A stretch of DNA of 64,000 nt from positions 74,081 to 138,080 of IMG/VR virus record IMGVR_UViG_2907202186_000003. One strand, 5' to 3'. Each line of letters opens with the position of its first letter. Positions within the stretch are counted from its first letter, which is position 1. Shown here piece after piece: positions 38,036 to 47,314 of this stretch. Under the pieces are notes generated by a model. That model ran no database searches, was not told the origin of the DNA, and worked only from the letters and a program-made list of their open reading frames with translations. This DNA comes from a virus (lineage: Duplodnaviria; Caudoviricetes). The position numbers were made by a program, and so were the translations under genes.

Positions 38036-38506
38036 ATGGCGATTCGCAAAGATAAAATGCAGTCTGTTGTAGCAGGTAATATTGAAAGTGTAGTTCTTGC
38101 TGCGGATACTCAAAATGGTCAAGTTGTTACTCTGGGTTCTCCAGTAGTAGGAGAGCGTGAACTGGTAAATGGTGTAGCTCCCACTGATGTAGTTACTCAG
38201 GAAATTGTAATCATCTCCTCTCCTGAAATTGTTTACGAGGCAGGAAAAGGGATTCTTGATTTCGTTAATAAGGCAGGTAAACCAGCTCGTGCAGATCATT
38301 TCACTGTTGGTGATAATGTAACAGTAACTGATGATGTGATTGATGGCACTAGTGTAGTTGATAAATTCCTTATTCCTGTGAATGGTAAAACTAAACTTGC
38401 CCATGCAAATGATCTTACTGGTGGAACTCGCTTCGCTGCGGTAGTTATCGGTAAAGGTAAAGTCTACGGTCAACCAGCAACCACATTCCGTGTTGTACAA
38501 GCCTAA
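38036..38506 (+). CDS. head decoration/structural protein
   Basis: Lies between scaffold and capsid; strong RBS. Confidence 0.6.
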   Translation: MAIRKDKMQSVVAGNIESVVLAADTQNGQVVTLGSPVVGERELVNGVAPTDVVTQEIVIISSPEIVYEAGKGILDFVNKAGKPARADHFTVGDNVTVTDDVIDGTSVVDKFLIPVNGKTKLAHANDLTGGTRFAAVVIGKGKVYGQPATTFRVVQA

Positions 38507-38542
38507 TAACATAAACATACATATAGGAGGAATAATATTATA

Positions 38543-39526
38543 ATGGAAAACCAAAATGCAATTATTGATTTGGCAATTGACCTTGCAAAAGGTTCTGTAG
38601 CTACTTACTCGAAGGAAGAAGCAAACGAAAAACTTCGTGAAGCTTTGAATAAACTTACTGGTTCCGCAGATGGAAAGTTTGACGCTAAGAAGTTCCGTAG
38701 AAATAAAAACGAAATCTTTGAGATTATCGAAGAAGTTGTTGACGCTCGTGTAGAGGAAGGTATCAAAGATCAATTCGATCAATTCGTTGATTATCGTTCG
38801 ACTGCTTTTGGCGATAAATTGTCCTTTACACCTGAATCTGATGAACTGTTTGAAGTTGCTAAAATTGCAGGTGGTACTAATAACCTTCGCCGCCAACGTA
38901 TTGCTGAAGGACAACCTTACCAAATTGATACCGATTGGTATGGAGTAGCAATCTACGAGGAGCTAGAACGATTCCTTGCTGGTCGTGTTGATTGGGTTAA
39001 GCTTGTGAACAGAGTTGAAACTTCGTTCAAGGCAAAAATTACTGAACAAATCTTCAATGCCGTCAAAGCGGCTTACAACGGTTTGACGGCCCCATACAAA
39101 CACACCGGCTCCTGGGATGTAGATGAATTTAATACACTCGTAGAGCATGTTCGTGCCCAAACAGGGATGAACCCAATGGTAATTGGTACTCGTCTTGCAG
39201 TACAAAAAGCAGTCCCTGCATACGTTTCTGAAGATATGAAAAATTCTCGTAACGCTGATGGATACTTTAAAGAGGTTGACGGTATTACATTCGGTATTAT
39301 GCCACAAGCTCATAAAGTTGGCACTGATGAATTCGCAATTGATAATAACTTCCTACTTGTTCTTCCAAATGGCAATGAGAAAATCGTGAAATTTGTTATG
39401 GAAGGCGTAGCATTGATTGATGAGGCAATCGGTAATAAAGATGATTCCAAGGAATATGAACTGCGTAAGAAATATGGCGTAGGCGTAGAGACGGCTGCAA
39501 AATACGGAGTATATATCCTCGCTTAA
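38543..39526 (+). CDS. major capsid protein
   Basis: 327 aa, strong RBS, synteny, followed by a hairpin. Confidence 0.8.
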   Translation: MENQNAIIDLAIDLAKGSVATYSKEEANEKLREALNKLTGSADGKFDAKKFRRNKNEIFEIIEEVVDARVEEGIKDQFDQFVDYRSTAFGDKLSFTPESDELFEVAKIAGGTNNLRRQRIAEGQPYQIDTDWYGVAIYEELERFLAGRVDWVKLVNRVETSFKAKITEQIFNAVKAAYNGLTAPYKHTGSWDVDEFNTLVEHVRAQTGMNPMVIGTRLAVQKAVPAYVSEDMKNSRNADGYFKEVDGITFGIMPQAHKVGTDEFAIDNNFLLVLPNGNEKIVKFVMEGVALIDEAIGNKDDSKEYELRKKYGVGVETAAKYGVYILA

Positions 39527-39533
39527 TTTTCAA

Positions 39534-39560
39534 TTTTAGGAGGGCTCTCCCCTCCTAAAA
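39534..39560 (+). terminator. hairpin after capsid gene
   Basis: TTTTAGGAGGG-CTCTC-CCCTCCTAAAA. Confidence 0.6.
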
Positions 39561-39570
39561 TAATTAACCT

Positions 39571-40107
39571 TTGAAGGGAGTAAATATATTGGCAAAGCAA
39601 TCTATGAGTATAAATAAATCAGAAAATAAAGAACAATCTCAAGAACAGAAAAAAACACGTCAAAAGTTAGACGAGAATGTTTTGGTACCTGTTTCCAGTA
39701 ATGTTAAAGGTGGTTTGATTTATAAATCTCCTCGTTCCGGTCAAGTATGGAAATTTACCGACTTTGGCGATGAGGACGTTATGGAATTAAGTGAACTCAG
39801 AACTATGCTTTCTTCTCAACGAGCTTTTCTTGAAAAGGGTTGGCTTAAAGTTATGGATCAGGAAGCAATTGACTACTTGAATCTTGCTAGATTTCAGAAA
39901 AATGTAGTTGATCTAGATGATATTGATCATATTCTTGAACAATCACCAGAACAAATCAAGCAAGTAATTAAAGAAGCCAACACAAACACTAAGTCATTAA
40001 TTTTCGGTTTCGCTAGGGACAAATATGTACTCGGAGAACTGAGAGATGTACATATTATTAAAGCGATTGAAGAAGGTTTAGGTCAAAAACTAGACCCTAA
40101 TAACTAA
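39571..40107 (+). CDS. virion-cluster hypothetical protein
   Basis: Synteny; the true start is probably TTG at 39589. Confidence 0.65.
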   Translation: MKGVNILAKQSMSINKSENKEQSQEQKKTRQKLDENVLVPVSSNVKGGLIYKSPRSGQVWKFTDFGDEDVMELSELRTMLSSQRAFLEKGWLKVMDQEAIDYLNLARFQKNVVDLDDIDHILEQSPEQIKQVIKEANTNTKSLIFGFARDKYVLGELRDVHIIKAIEEGLGQKLDPNN

Positions 40108-40112
40108 TTGGG

Positions 40113-40538
40113 GTGTTGCTAGTGGGAACTCAATTTGAAGATATTTACGATGTATTTCTAAGTCAGATTTCAGACTCGATTTTTTTGGAGAAAGATTCTG
40201 ATGATAATTTAAAATATCGTTATTTGCTAAACAGCATCCCCCGTTTCAAAAAGTGTAGACAAGATTTATCTAAGCGTGACTCAGAGTCATTTGATGAAGC
40301 ATTGAACGATGAAGATATTTTAATTTTAGGGACTTTAATGGTTGTTGAATACTTAAATCCTCTAATCATTTCAATTGAGAATCTTAAACAATTCATGTCA
40401 TCTAAGGATTTCTCTATGACTTCTCAAGCAGCGCATCTTAAGCAATTATCAGACATTAGAGAGATAAAGCGTAAAGAAGCAGATAAATTGATCTTGGATT
40501 ATACATACAACAACGGCAACCTTGGTAACTTGAAATGA
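40113..40538 (+). CDS. head-tail adaptor-like protein
   Basis: Synteny; size. Confidence 0.55.
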   Translation: MLLVGTQFEDIYDVFLSQISDSIFLEKDSDDNLKYRYLLNSIPRFKKCRQDLSKRDSESFDEALNDEDILILGTLMVVEYLNPLIISIENLKQFMSSKDFSMTSQAAHLKQLSDIREIKRKEADKLILDYTYNNGNLGNLK

Positions 40539-41725
40539 GTTACAAAGATAAGTATAAAGTCCGCGATAAAATGTATGGAGTGAATGTTAGAGACATTAGG
40601 GTTCATAGTAGCAATCTAAATCTATCTTCAATTTTTAAGGATTCGCCAGTCTATTATCAAGTAGCTGATATTATTTCGAATGAGAAATACGATCTTCAAA
40701 TTACTGATAATAGTAACGCAACAGATACGAAAAAATTCATCACTCCTTTCAGCTCACTAATCGAACTAGGTATAACGATCGATTGGAAAAACGATAAGTG
40801 GATTGTTATTCATTTTGATGAAAATAGTGAAATCTACAAGAGTGGGATATTGCGAAAATGCTTATCTACTATAAAATGGCAAGAATCAAATGGCGAAGTT
40901 AATGAAACCTTCTTTACTTACACAACAACTGCATTAGGTAACTTCGGAGTCGACAATGGTAAGATAGTTACACTCGACAACGAGAGAAGACAATTGACCA
41001 TACAAAATAACGAAAATACCTATGAGTTCAAGAAAGGTAAAAGATTTATATTTGATGACCGTGCATGGAGAATTAGTTCAATAGACAAGCTCGATGATAA
41101 CCTAATTTATCTGGTTCTTGATGCTGATAATATCGATCCTTCTAAAGATAATGTAGAGCTCAGAATTGCTGACTATGTCAAACCAAACTATGTCATCAAT
41201 CTTAATCAAACAAGCATTTCATTAAAACCAGATGACTCTTTTCAATTGTCGGTGTCAGTCACAAACAACAATAAACTTATGTCTTCCCCTCTACTCTCCT
41301 TTACCTCATCTGATTTTAACATTTGCACTATTGATGATTACGGCCTTATTTCCGCTATATCCGAAGGTAATGCGACTATTAATGTTTCCTATAAAGACAT
41401 AAGTACAACTTTAGATGTTGTGGTTGTTCCACTTCAAACACACAATTATTCTGTTGTCATTAATGGCGATGTTTCAATTACAAAGTCCAAGACTAAGGCT
41501 TACAGTTGTGAATTCTATGATAACGAACTAGCTGTGCAGATGGATGGAGTTTTCAGTTTAACTGATGTAAATAACAAACCAACTTCTCTGGCTACTATCA
41601 CAACTCAATCAAACAACTCGTGTATTATTCGTGGTGATTCCATCGGTTATATTTTGTTACATGTATCCAATGCTGATGGATCTGTAACTATGACAAAACA
41701 AATCCAAATAAAATCTGCTATCTAA
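40535..41725 (+). CDS. head-closure-like protein with Ig-like (Big_2) domains
   Basis: FTSSDFNICTID..GLISAISEGNATINVS. Confidence 0.65.
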   Translation: MSYKDKYKVRDKMYGVNVRDIRVHSSNLNLSSIFKDSPVYYQVADIISNEKYDLQITDNSNATDTKKFITPFSSLIELGITIDWKNDKWIVIHFDENSEIYKSGILRKCLSTIKWQESNGEVNETFFTYTTTALGNFGVDNGKIVTLDNERRQLTIQNNENTYEFKKGKRFIFDDRAWRISSIDKLDDNLIYLVLDADNIDPSKDNVELRIADYVKPNYVINLNQTSISLKPDDSFQLSVSVTNNNKLMSSPLLSFTSSDFNICTIDDYGLISAISEGNATINVSYKDISTTLDVVVVPLQTHNYSVVINGDVSITKSKTKAYSCEFYDNELAVQMDGVFSLTDVNNKPTSLATITTQSNNSCIIRGDSIGYILLHVSNADGSVTMTKQIQIKSAI

Positions 41726-41729
41726 GGAG

Positions 41730-42206
41730 GTGAGTGTGATGAGCAGACTTGAAAATCTAAGTAAAGACAAAGAAACCATTATGTTGAGACTTATCGACTC
41801 ACCCGACTTATGTAAGGCACTTTACTATCGCAATAGCGATTTTTTGGATCAATCCGACATTGAGGATACTAGTGAGTTACTGTACAAGAACATCTATCCG
41901 TTTAGTACCGTTCCTGAATTAAGCAAGGACAGAATGTCCTATGTGACTATGGCCCTTAGAAATTATGGATACATTAACAATGTCTTTAGGCGAGGATACG
42001 TTTATTTCTACGTAATTATCCATAAGGATTTGCTAAGAACCGAATATGGATTTCTAAGAAATGATTTCATTTTAAACGAAATAGATAGGTTGATGAACGA
42101 AAAGCGCGGAATCGGGATTGGTAAGACGAGGTTTTATAAGATGGATGAGATGTATGTAAATGATAGCTATACTGGTTATTACACCTCTTATAAATTGGTC
42201 GATTAA
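41730..42206 (+). CDS. tail terminator-like protein
   Basis: Synteny. Confidence 0.5.
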   Translation: MSVMSRLENLSKDKETIMLRLIDSPDLCKALYYRNSDFLDQSDIEDTSELLYKNIYPFSTVPELSKDRMSYVTMALRNYGYINNVFRRGYVYFYVIIHKDLLRTEYGFLRNDFILNEIDRLMNEKRGIGIGKTRFYKMDEMYVNDSYTGYYTSYKLVD

Positions 42207-42209
42207 GAA

Positions 42210-42923
42210 ATGAATCATGAAGATCTGAAACTTAAATTACTATCCAATTCCCCTATCTATTTATCAGGCGCAGGTATCATAAATATCCCCTCCGTAAGAA
42301 CAATCATTGATATCGGACTAAATGAGTATAATATTCGACTCTCCCATTTATTGATCGACAAGAGCTACCTAAAAGAGAGTATCGACAATATTTCCAACTT
42401 CGATATCTTCTTCGCTAACTGCTATCACAACACATCTTTTAGATCTAATAGTTTCGACTTACTGCGTTTATATTTTGCAACAGAGTGTTCTTTAGAACAA
42501 GACGATTACAGTATCTCTATAACTATTGGTGACAAAGGTCATTTAGATCATTCGAATTTCGATGAATTTCAAGAAATGATAAGTACCGCCCACAACATAC
42601 GACCATCTAATGAAGCTGAGTTTAAACCCGGCAATTCAAAGGCCCAAGAAATGGTAGATATGATTCTCAAGAATAGAAAGAAGCAGCCTAAACCAAAAGA
42701 AAAGATGGACTTACATAGCATAATTTCTGGACTTGCATGGAAAAGCAATGGACTTAATATTCTAAATGTTTTTGATTTGTCTATTTATCAAATCTACAAT
42801 GGCCTACAAGTTACCGATAACATCGATAATTACCATCATACTCTAAATGGAATATATGCAGGAACAATTGAAACTAAAAATATTAAAATATCTGATTTGC
42901 ATTGGGCAAATAAATCTAATTAA
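42210..42923 (+). CDS. virion-cluster hypothetical protein
   Basis: Synteny. Confidence 0.55.
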   Translation: MNHEDLKLKLLSNSPIYLSGAGIINIPSVRTIIDIGLNEYNIRLSHLLIDKSYLKESIDNISNFDIFFANCYHNTSFRSNSFDLLRLYFATECSLEQDDYSISITIGDKGHLDHSNFDEFQEMISTAHNIRPSNEAEFKPGNSKAQEMVDMILKNRKKQPKPKEKMDLHSIISGLAWKSNGLNILNVFDLSIYQIYNGLQVTDNIDNYHHTLNGIYAGTIETKNIKISDLHWANKSN

Positions 42924-42943
42924 CTAATAGGAGTGATACATTA

Positions 42944-43747
42944 ATGGGTGCACCAAATGTATGGGCAATTAAAGAAGTAGCACTTGCAACATTTTATGAT
43001 CTAAAGACAGAAAAAGCTAAGGTTCAACTTCGAAACTTGAAAACAGCGGGAATTGAAAATTCTGGGGAAACGAAATATGCCCAAGGTGGTCGTGGAAACA
43101 CTAAGGTTGTAGGGTTTTCAGGAAACCGAGGAGGAAAAGTAACTCTTCAAGACTGTGTATTTACTAATGAAGTTATCGCGATGATGACAGGGAACGATAT
43201 TAAAACAGGTGCAACTAATGTAATTCAGCGTCAAGAATTGAAAGTGGTAGCTAACAAAGCAACACTTGATTATACTCCTGTGAATGTTACAAATGGATTG
43301 ATTAGTGTATACAAACTCAACGAAGACGGTACACATGGCGATGAGATTACTTTTACAAAAGGAACTGTAGCAACAACTAACTATACGCTAGCAGCAAAGG
43401 TACTGTCATTCTTCGCAAGTGATCTCGAAGACGGATCTGATATCGTTGCATACTATAATGTAGCCACTGATAGTACGGCAAAAACAATCACCGTTTCTAC
43501 AGATAAGTTTGCTGGCTCTTATAAAGTTGTTCTCGATTGCTTGGTTCGTAACACTGTAAATGAGGAAGATTATGCAGCCCAGATTGTAATCAACAAAGCA
43601 AAAATGGAGGACAATTGGAAGATCGATACTAGCGCCGATGGTGACCCTTCCGTATTTGATATTCCACTTGAAATGCTAAAACCAGCCAAAGGTAATGAGA
43701 TGTATACAATGACAATTTATGACGAGGCTCTAATCCCAAACCCATAA
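42944..43747 (+). CDS. major tail (tube) protein
   Basis: AQGGRGN, ADGDPSVF; position before chaperones and tape measure. Confidence 0.75.
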   Translation: MGAPNVWAIKEVALATFYDLKTEKAKVQLRNLKTAGIENSGETKYAQGGRGNTKVVGFSGNRGGKVTLQDCVFTNEVIAMMTGNDIKTGATNVIQRQELKVVANKATLDYTPVNVTNGLISVYKLNEDGTHGDEITFTKGTVATTNYTLAAKVLSFFASDLEDGSDIVAYYNVATDSTAKTITVSTDKFAGSYKVVLDCLVRNTVNEEDYAAQIVINKAKMEDNWKIDTSADGDPSVFDIPLEMLKPAKGNEMYTMTIYDEALIPNP

Positions 43748-43782
43748 GTCCTCGCACTCTTGGTACATTGAAGGCGGGGACT
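43735..43782 (+). promoter_or_regulatory. -1 programmed ribosomal frameshift signal
   Basis: In-frame C CCA AAC heptamer (43735-43741), a 5-nt spacer, and stem AGTCCTCGC (43747-43755) / GCGGGGACT (43774-43782). Confidence 0.75.
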
Positions 43783-44244
43783 GATCTTGTTCTGAACACT
43801 GGATTTGGAGCCAGTTTGGATACAACGCAAGCAGGAACAACGGGTGGATCATGTGTTAAATTTGAATATGGCGACAAGGGAAACGGTAAAGCTACAATCA
43901 GCGGTGGAGTGATTGAGGGGATATTGGGCAACAAAGCAGGTCAATATACTGTTAGAGCGAGAGTCAAAGTAACTTCTACAACTTCTACAACTCCTATCTT
44001 TGTTTTAAGTATGCAAAATCTAAATACAATGACAATATTTGAGAGATATAAAGGCGCTGGTGAGCCAAGTAATGAACAGGTAATGTTTTCTCCAAGTCAG
44101 ATGAAAACTGAATGGAATTGGGTAGAACTTCCTTTCTATTGGGATGGTATACAACCAATTGAATTATGGACAGGCCGAAGAGGTGGCTATGAACCTGATT
44201 TAGTATTTTGGGAAGACAAAGTTGAATTCGTTTCAATGGATTAA
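43741..44244 (+). CDS. C-terminal extension of tail tube (carbohydrate-binding-like beta domain) in the -1 frame
   Basis: The frame is open from the slippery site; no RBS precedes TTG 43768; GQYTVRARVKV...W.WVELPFYW beta-sandwich pattern. Confidence 0.65.
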   Translation, partial: PISPRTLGTLKAGTDLVLNTGFGASLDTTQAGTTGGSCVKFEYGDKGNGKATISGGVIEGILGNKAGQYTVRARVKVTSTTSTTPIFVLSMQNLNTMTIFERYKGAGEPSNEQVMFSPSQMKTEWNWVELPFYWDGIQPIELWTGRRGGYEPDLVFWEDKVEFVSMD

Positions 44245-44269
44245 GAGAGGGTATCCCCCTCTCTTTTTT
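44243..44269 (+). terminator. intrinsic terminator
   Basis: AAGAGAGGGG-TATC-CCCCTCTCTT followed by a T-run. Confidence 0.75.
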
Positions 44270-44391
44270 GTGTTTTGATATATTATTTTGATTTATAAGG
44301 CATTTTTAGACTCTACTCATTTGTAAAAATGAGATTTTTCAAAAAAAGTGTCTTATGACACAACTATTTAAAAACGGGAGTGAGTTTTACA

Positions 44392-44865
44392 ATGGCAAAA
44401 ACAAAAAAGCTTACAATTGCTGAACTCGACAAGATGGAAAACGAACTAAATCAGAAAGAGACAATTAAGATTCTGGATGGCAAATACGAAGTCAACATCC
44501 ACAAAGTATTTAAGGATAGTGATATTGAGGATATGCTTCTCAATTACATGACTATTTTACAGGAACTCAATAAATCACCAGAAGCTAATTTGAAGAATAG
44601 TGCCTCCCTCTATATAACACTGATTCTACGTCATTTTACCGACTTGCCAATTCCTGAATCTAATGAAATCGATGAGCTTATCAGAATTACCAAAGTGTTG
44701 AAAAATAAAGGCATCACAACAGAAGTAACTGAATCTCTTCCCAAAGATCAGTTAGAATATTTAGGCACCAGAGCACAGGAAGCATCCGTAGCCCTTGAAA
44801 AACTTATCAAAGGAGCTGAGACTAATGGCGGCTCAGAATATGAAACAACTGGAGTCATTAATTAA
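44392..44865 (+). CDS. tail assembly chaperone-like protein
   Basis: Synteny; start MAKTKK. Confidence 0.55.
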   Translation: MAKTKKLTIAELDKMENELNQKETIKILDGKYEVNIHKVFKDSDIEDMLLNYMTILQELNKSPEANLKNSASLYITLILRHFTDLPIPESNEIDELIRITKVLKNKGITTEVTESLPKDQLEYLGTRAQEASVALEKLIKGAETNGGSEYETTGVIN

Positions 44866-45256
44866 GAAAAAGGTATCTAATGCGCTCATGACTGATGTTG
44901 CACCCAGGGCAAAGAATACCATGAAAGAAAAGATCGATGACTGCGTATATTCCGTCTACTCACCCACCATGTACGAACGTGAGAAAGAGAATGGTGGTCT
45001 TACAGATGATGCGAATATTCTTATCTCATTAATAGGCGATACCACACTATCTGTTGAAAGTCATCGTATGGACGGAGATCGAAATGTTAGTGAGATTGTT
45101 GAATCTGGAGTTGGCTACCAATATGATTTCGAGTATAACGGAAGACCAAGACGTTTTACTGAAGCAACCAGAGAAGAGTTAAGAGATACCGGCAGCCACA
45201 TAGCGGCGTTATATAGCGGATTAAAGAAGCAGGGCCTTGATGTTAAAGTTAGATAA
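44825..45256 (+). CDS. tail completion-like protein
   Basis: VY..Y.P.MYER...GGL.D...RPRRF motif; AAGGAG RBS. Confidence 0.55.
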   Translation: MAAQNMKQLESLIKKKVSNALMTDVAPRAKNTMKEKIDDCVYSVYSPTMYEREKENGGLTDDANILISLIGDTTLSVESHRMDGDRNVSEIVESGVGYQYDFEYNGRPRRFTEATREELRDTGSHIAALYSGLKKQGLDVKVR

Positions 45257-45289
45257 AAGAGTTATTTCATAAAGATAAAAATACACAAG

Positions 45290-46306
45290 TTGGTGATTCA
45301 ATTGAGTAAGAAAGATGTTAAGAAAAACACATTGCGTGAACCCGCAAAGAAACTTGCAGATGTCACTGAAGAGATGTGGTTAAAAGTAAACGATGATTAT
45401 AGAACTCTTGTCGAAGAATTCCTAACTGTCCAGGACTTGAGTAAGGCTTCTAAATCTCAGTACAAAAGTGTTTTGCGTCAATTTGGTTGGTATATGTATG
45501 ATTCGATGAACAACAAATTCTTCTATAAAATATCTAAGCGTGACTTCATGAGATATCTTAGTTATATTCGCGACAACAGAAAGATGTCTTCGTCTGCAAT
45601 CGGCATTCGTAAGTCGGTGGTTTCAAGTTTATGTAACTATATTGAAAATGTAGTTGCTGAGGACGATGGAAATTACAAGATGTTTAGAAACTTTACTCGT
45701 GGCCTCCCTCCTATTCCGAAGAACCGAGTATACGAAAAAGTAAAAGTAACTCGCGATGAATATGACATGATGATGAAACTCCTTGAAGAAGACGGCAACT
45801 TGTTAGGAATGGCTTGGTTAGCTACAGCATTTCTAGTTGGAGCAAGGCGCTCAGAAATTATTCAATTTAAGACTGAGATCCTTGAGTATAGCGTTCCAGA
45901 AGGTCAAAGCTATGTTCTTTCTCATATTGTTCGTGGAAAGGGACCATCAACAGATGGAAAAAAATTGGAATATATGATACCACTTGAAGTGTTGCCTTAT
46001 TGGAAAAAATGGATTGAATCCAGAGGATATGAAAGCGAATTTGTATTCTCTACTCGATACGACAATGATATTAAGGCAATGTCTTCTGCCTGGGCAAATG
46101 ATTTTTGTACAAATACCCTTTCAGATATGTTAGAACGTCGAATCAATGTACATATTTTTAAGAATTCTTGTATAACTTACCTCCTAGAGTCTGGAGTTCC
46201 GATGCATTTGGTCTCTAAATATGTAGCTCATCACAATGATATCTCAACAACGCAAATATACGATCTTCGAGATTTTGAAGAAGAGAAGAATCAAATATTC
46301 GGATAA
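45290..46306 (+). CDS. tyrosine recombinase in the tail cluster (YomM-like)
   Basis: GARRSE, VRGKG, HIFKNS (HxxK variant), AHHNDISTTQIY. Confidence 0.85.
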   Translation: MVIQLSKKDVKKNTLREPAKKLADVTEEMWLKVNDDYRTLVEEFLTVQDLSKASKSQYKSVLRQFGWYMYDSMNNKFFYKISKRDFMRYLSYIRDNRKMSSSAIGIRKSVVSSLCNYIENVVAEDDGNYKMFRNFTRGLPPIPKNRVYEKVKVTRDEYDMMMKLLEEDGNLLGMAWLATAFLVGARRSEIIQFKTEILEYSVPEGQSYVLSHIVRGKGPSTDGKKLEYMIPLEVLPYWKKWIESRGYESEFVFSTRYDNDIKAMSSAWANDFCTNTLSDMLERRINVHIFKNSCITYLLESGVPMHLVSKYVAHHNDISTTQIYDLRDFEEEKNQIFG

Positions 46307-46311
46307 CTTCT

Positions 46312-46329
46312 GTGAAATCCATCTTTCAT
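46312..46329. repeat. copy of the 18-bp boundary motif
   Basis: GTGAAA-TCCATC-TTTCAT, 5 bp after the recombinase stop. Confidence 0.75.
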
Positions 46330-46384
46330 CAAAAAAATTTAGACAACATAAAAAAGGAAGGGTATCCCCTTCCCTTTCTCTACT

Positions 46385-47098
46385 CTAGTCTTGAATCGTA
46401 GTCAATATTCCGTTATCGAAATATAGATATCTGTTACTGCCGTACACCCATTGCTCATGTGTTAATGTGGCCGTTTTTGTTCGGTTGATGTTCTTAGGTT
46501 TGCCCCAGGTAGATGCGAGAACTTGATCTTTAGTCATTCCAATTTGAGGACTGTACGGGTTTTTATCAGCTTCATTTGATGCCTTTACTCTCTCCTCGCG
46601 CTCTTTCTCTTCTTTAAGTTTCAGTTCGTCAATCTTCTTTTGTTTCTCAATTGGATCTTCATATACTTCCCCATTAGCTCTTTGCTTAAAAGATAAATAC
46701 TTTGGATTCAATTTATGAAGTTCTTGTTCATACTTTGCCAACTCTTCCTTGGTAATAATACCTGGAATTGGATCAAGATATTCTAAACTATCCAATGCAG
46801 ATGTATAATCTTCATTTTCTTTCGAATTTAATGATGATGCATAGTTATACAAATCGATCTTTTGTTTTAAATCTTCAGGTAAATCGAGTTTATAGTTATA
46901 AACCGTTGGATCTTTTGACATTTCGATATATTTTTCTACTTCTTTATCCAACACTTTCATCACATCTGTATATTTTTGCTTCTTTAGATATTCAAGAGCA
47001 TTCTCTTTACTCTTCGCTGGAGTAACATTATTGCATCCAGATAAAATTACAACAATCAAAGTTAGATATAATACAATCGATAAATTATTGCTCTTCAA
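46385..47098 (-). CDS. lipoprotein (moron), C-terminal SmpA/OmlA-like domain
   Basis: Lipobox LSGC; IGMTKDQVLASTWGKP...EQWVY...YLYFDNG. Confidence 0.75.
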   Translation of the reverse strand: MKSNNLSIVLYLTLIVVILSGCNNVTPAKSKENALEYLKKQKYTDVMKVLDKEVEKYIEMSKDPTVYNYKLDLPEDLKQKIDLYNYASSLNSKENEDYTSALDSLEYLDPIPGIITKEELAKYEQELHKLNPKYLSFKQRANGEVYEDPIEKQKKIDELKLKEEKEREERVKASNEADKNPYSPQIGMTKDQVLASTWGKPKNINRTKTATLTHEQWVYGSNRYLYFDNGILTTIQD

Positions 47099-47314
47099 TG
47101 AGTCCCCTCCACGTAAAACAATCTAATCATAGAGTCTTATCTACCGCACGACCACAATTAGAAAATTATGTCACAAATAATAATTTCATTCTATAGTTAG
47201 TCATTAAAACAGTCAACATCTTAACAGGTGTTGGCTGTTTTGCTTATTAACTATATGCATCGGAAGCGATTTTGTATCGCTTCTTTTTTATTTTATAAAG
47301 GGAAGTGATTACAA

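Noticed and set aside
38027-38923. 298-aa minus-strand ORF and similar antisense ORFs across the window
   Set aside because: These are shadows of well-supported genes on the opposite strand, with no RBS and atypical composition.
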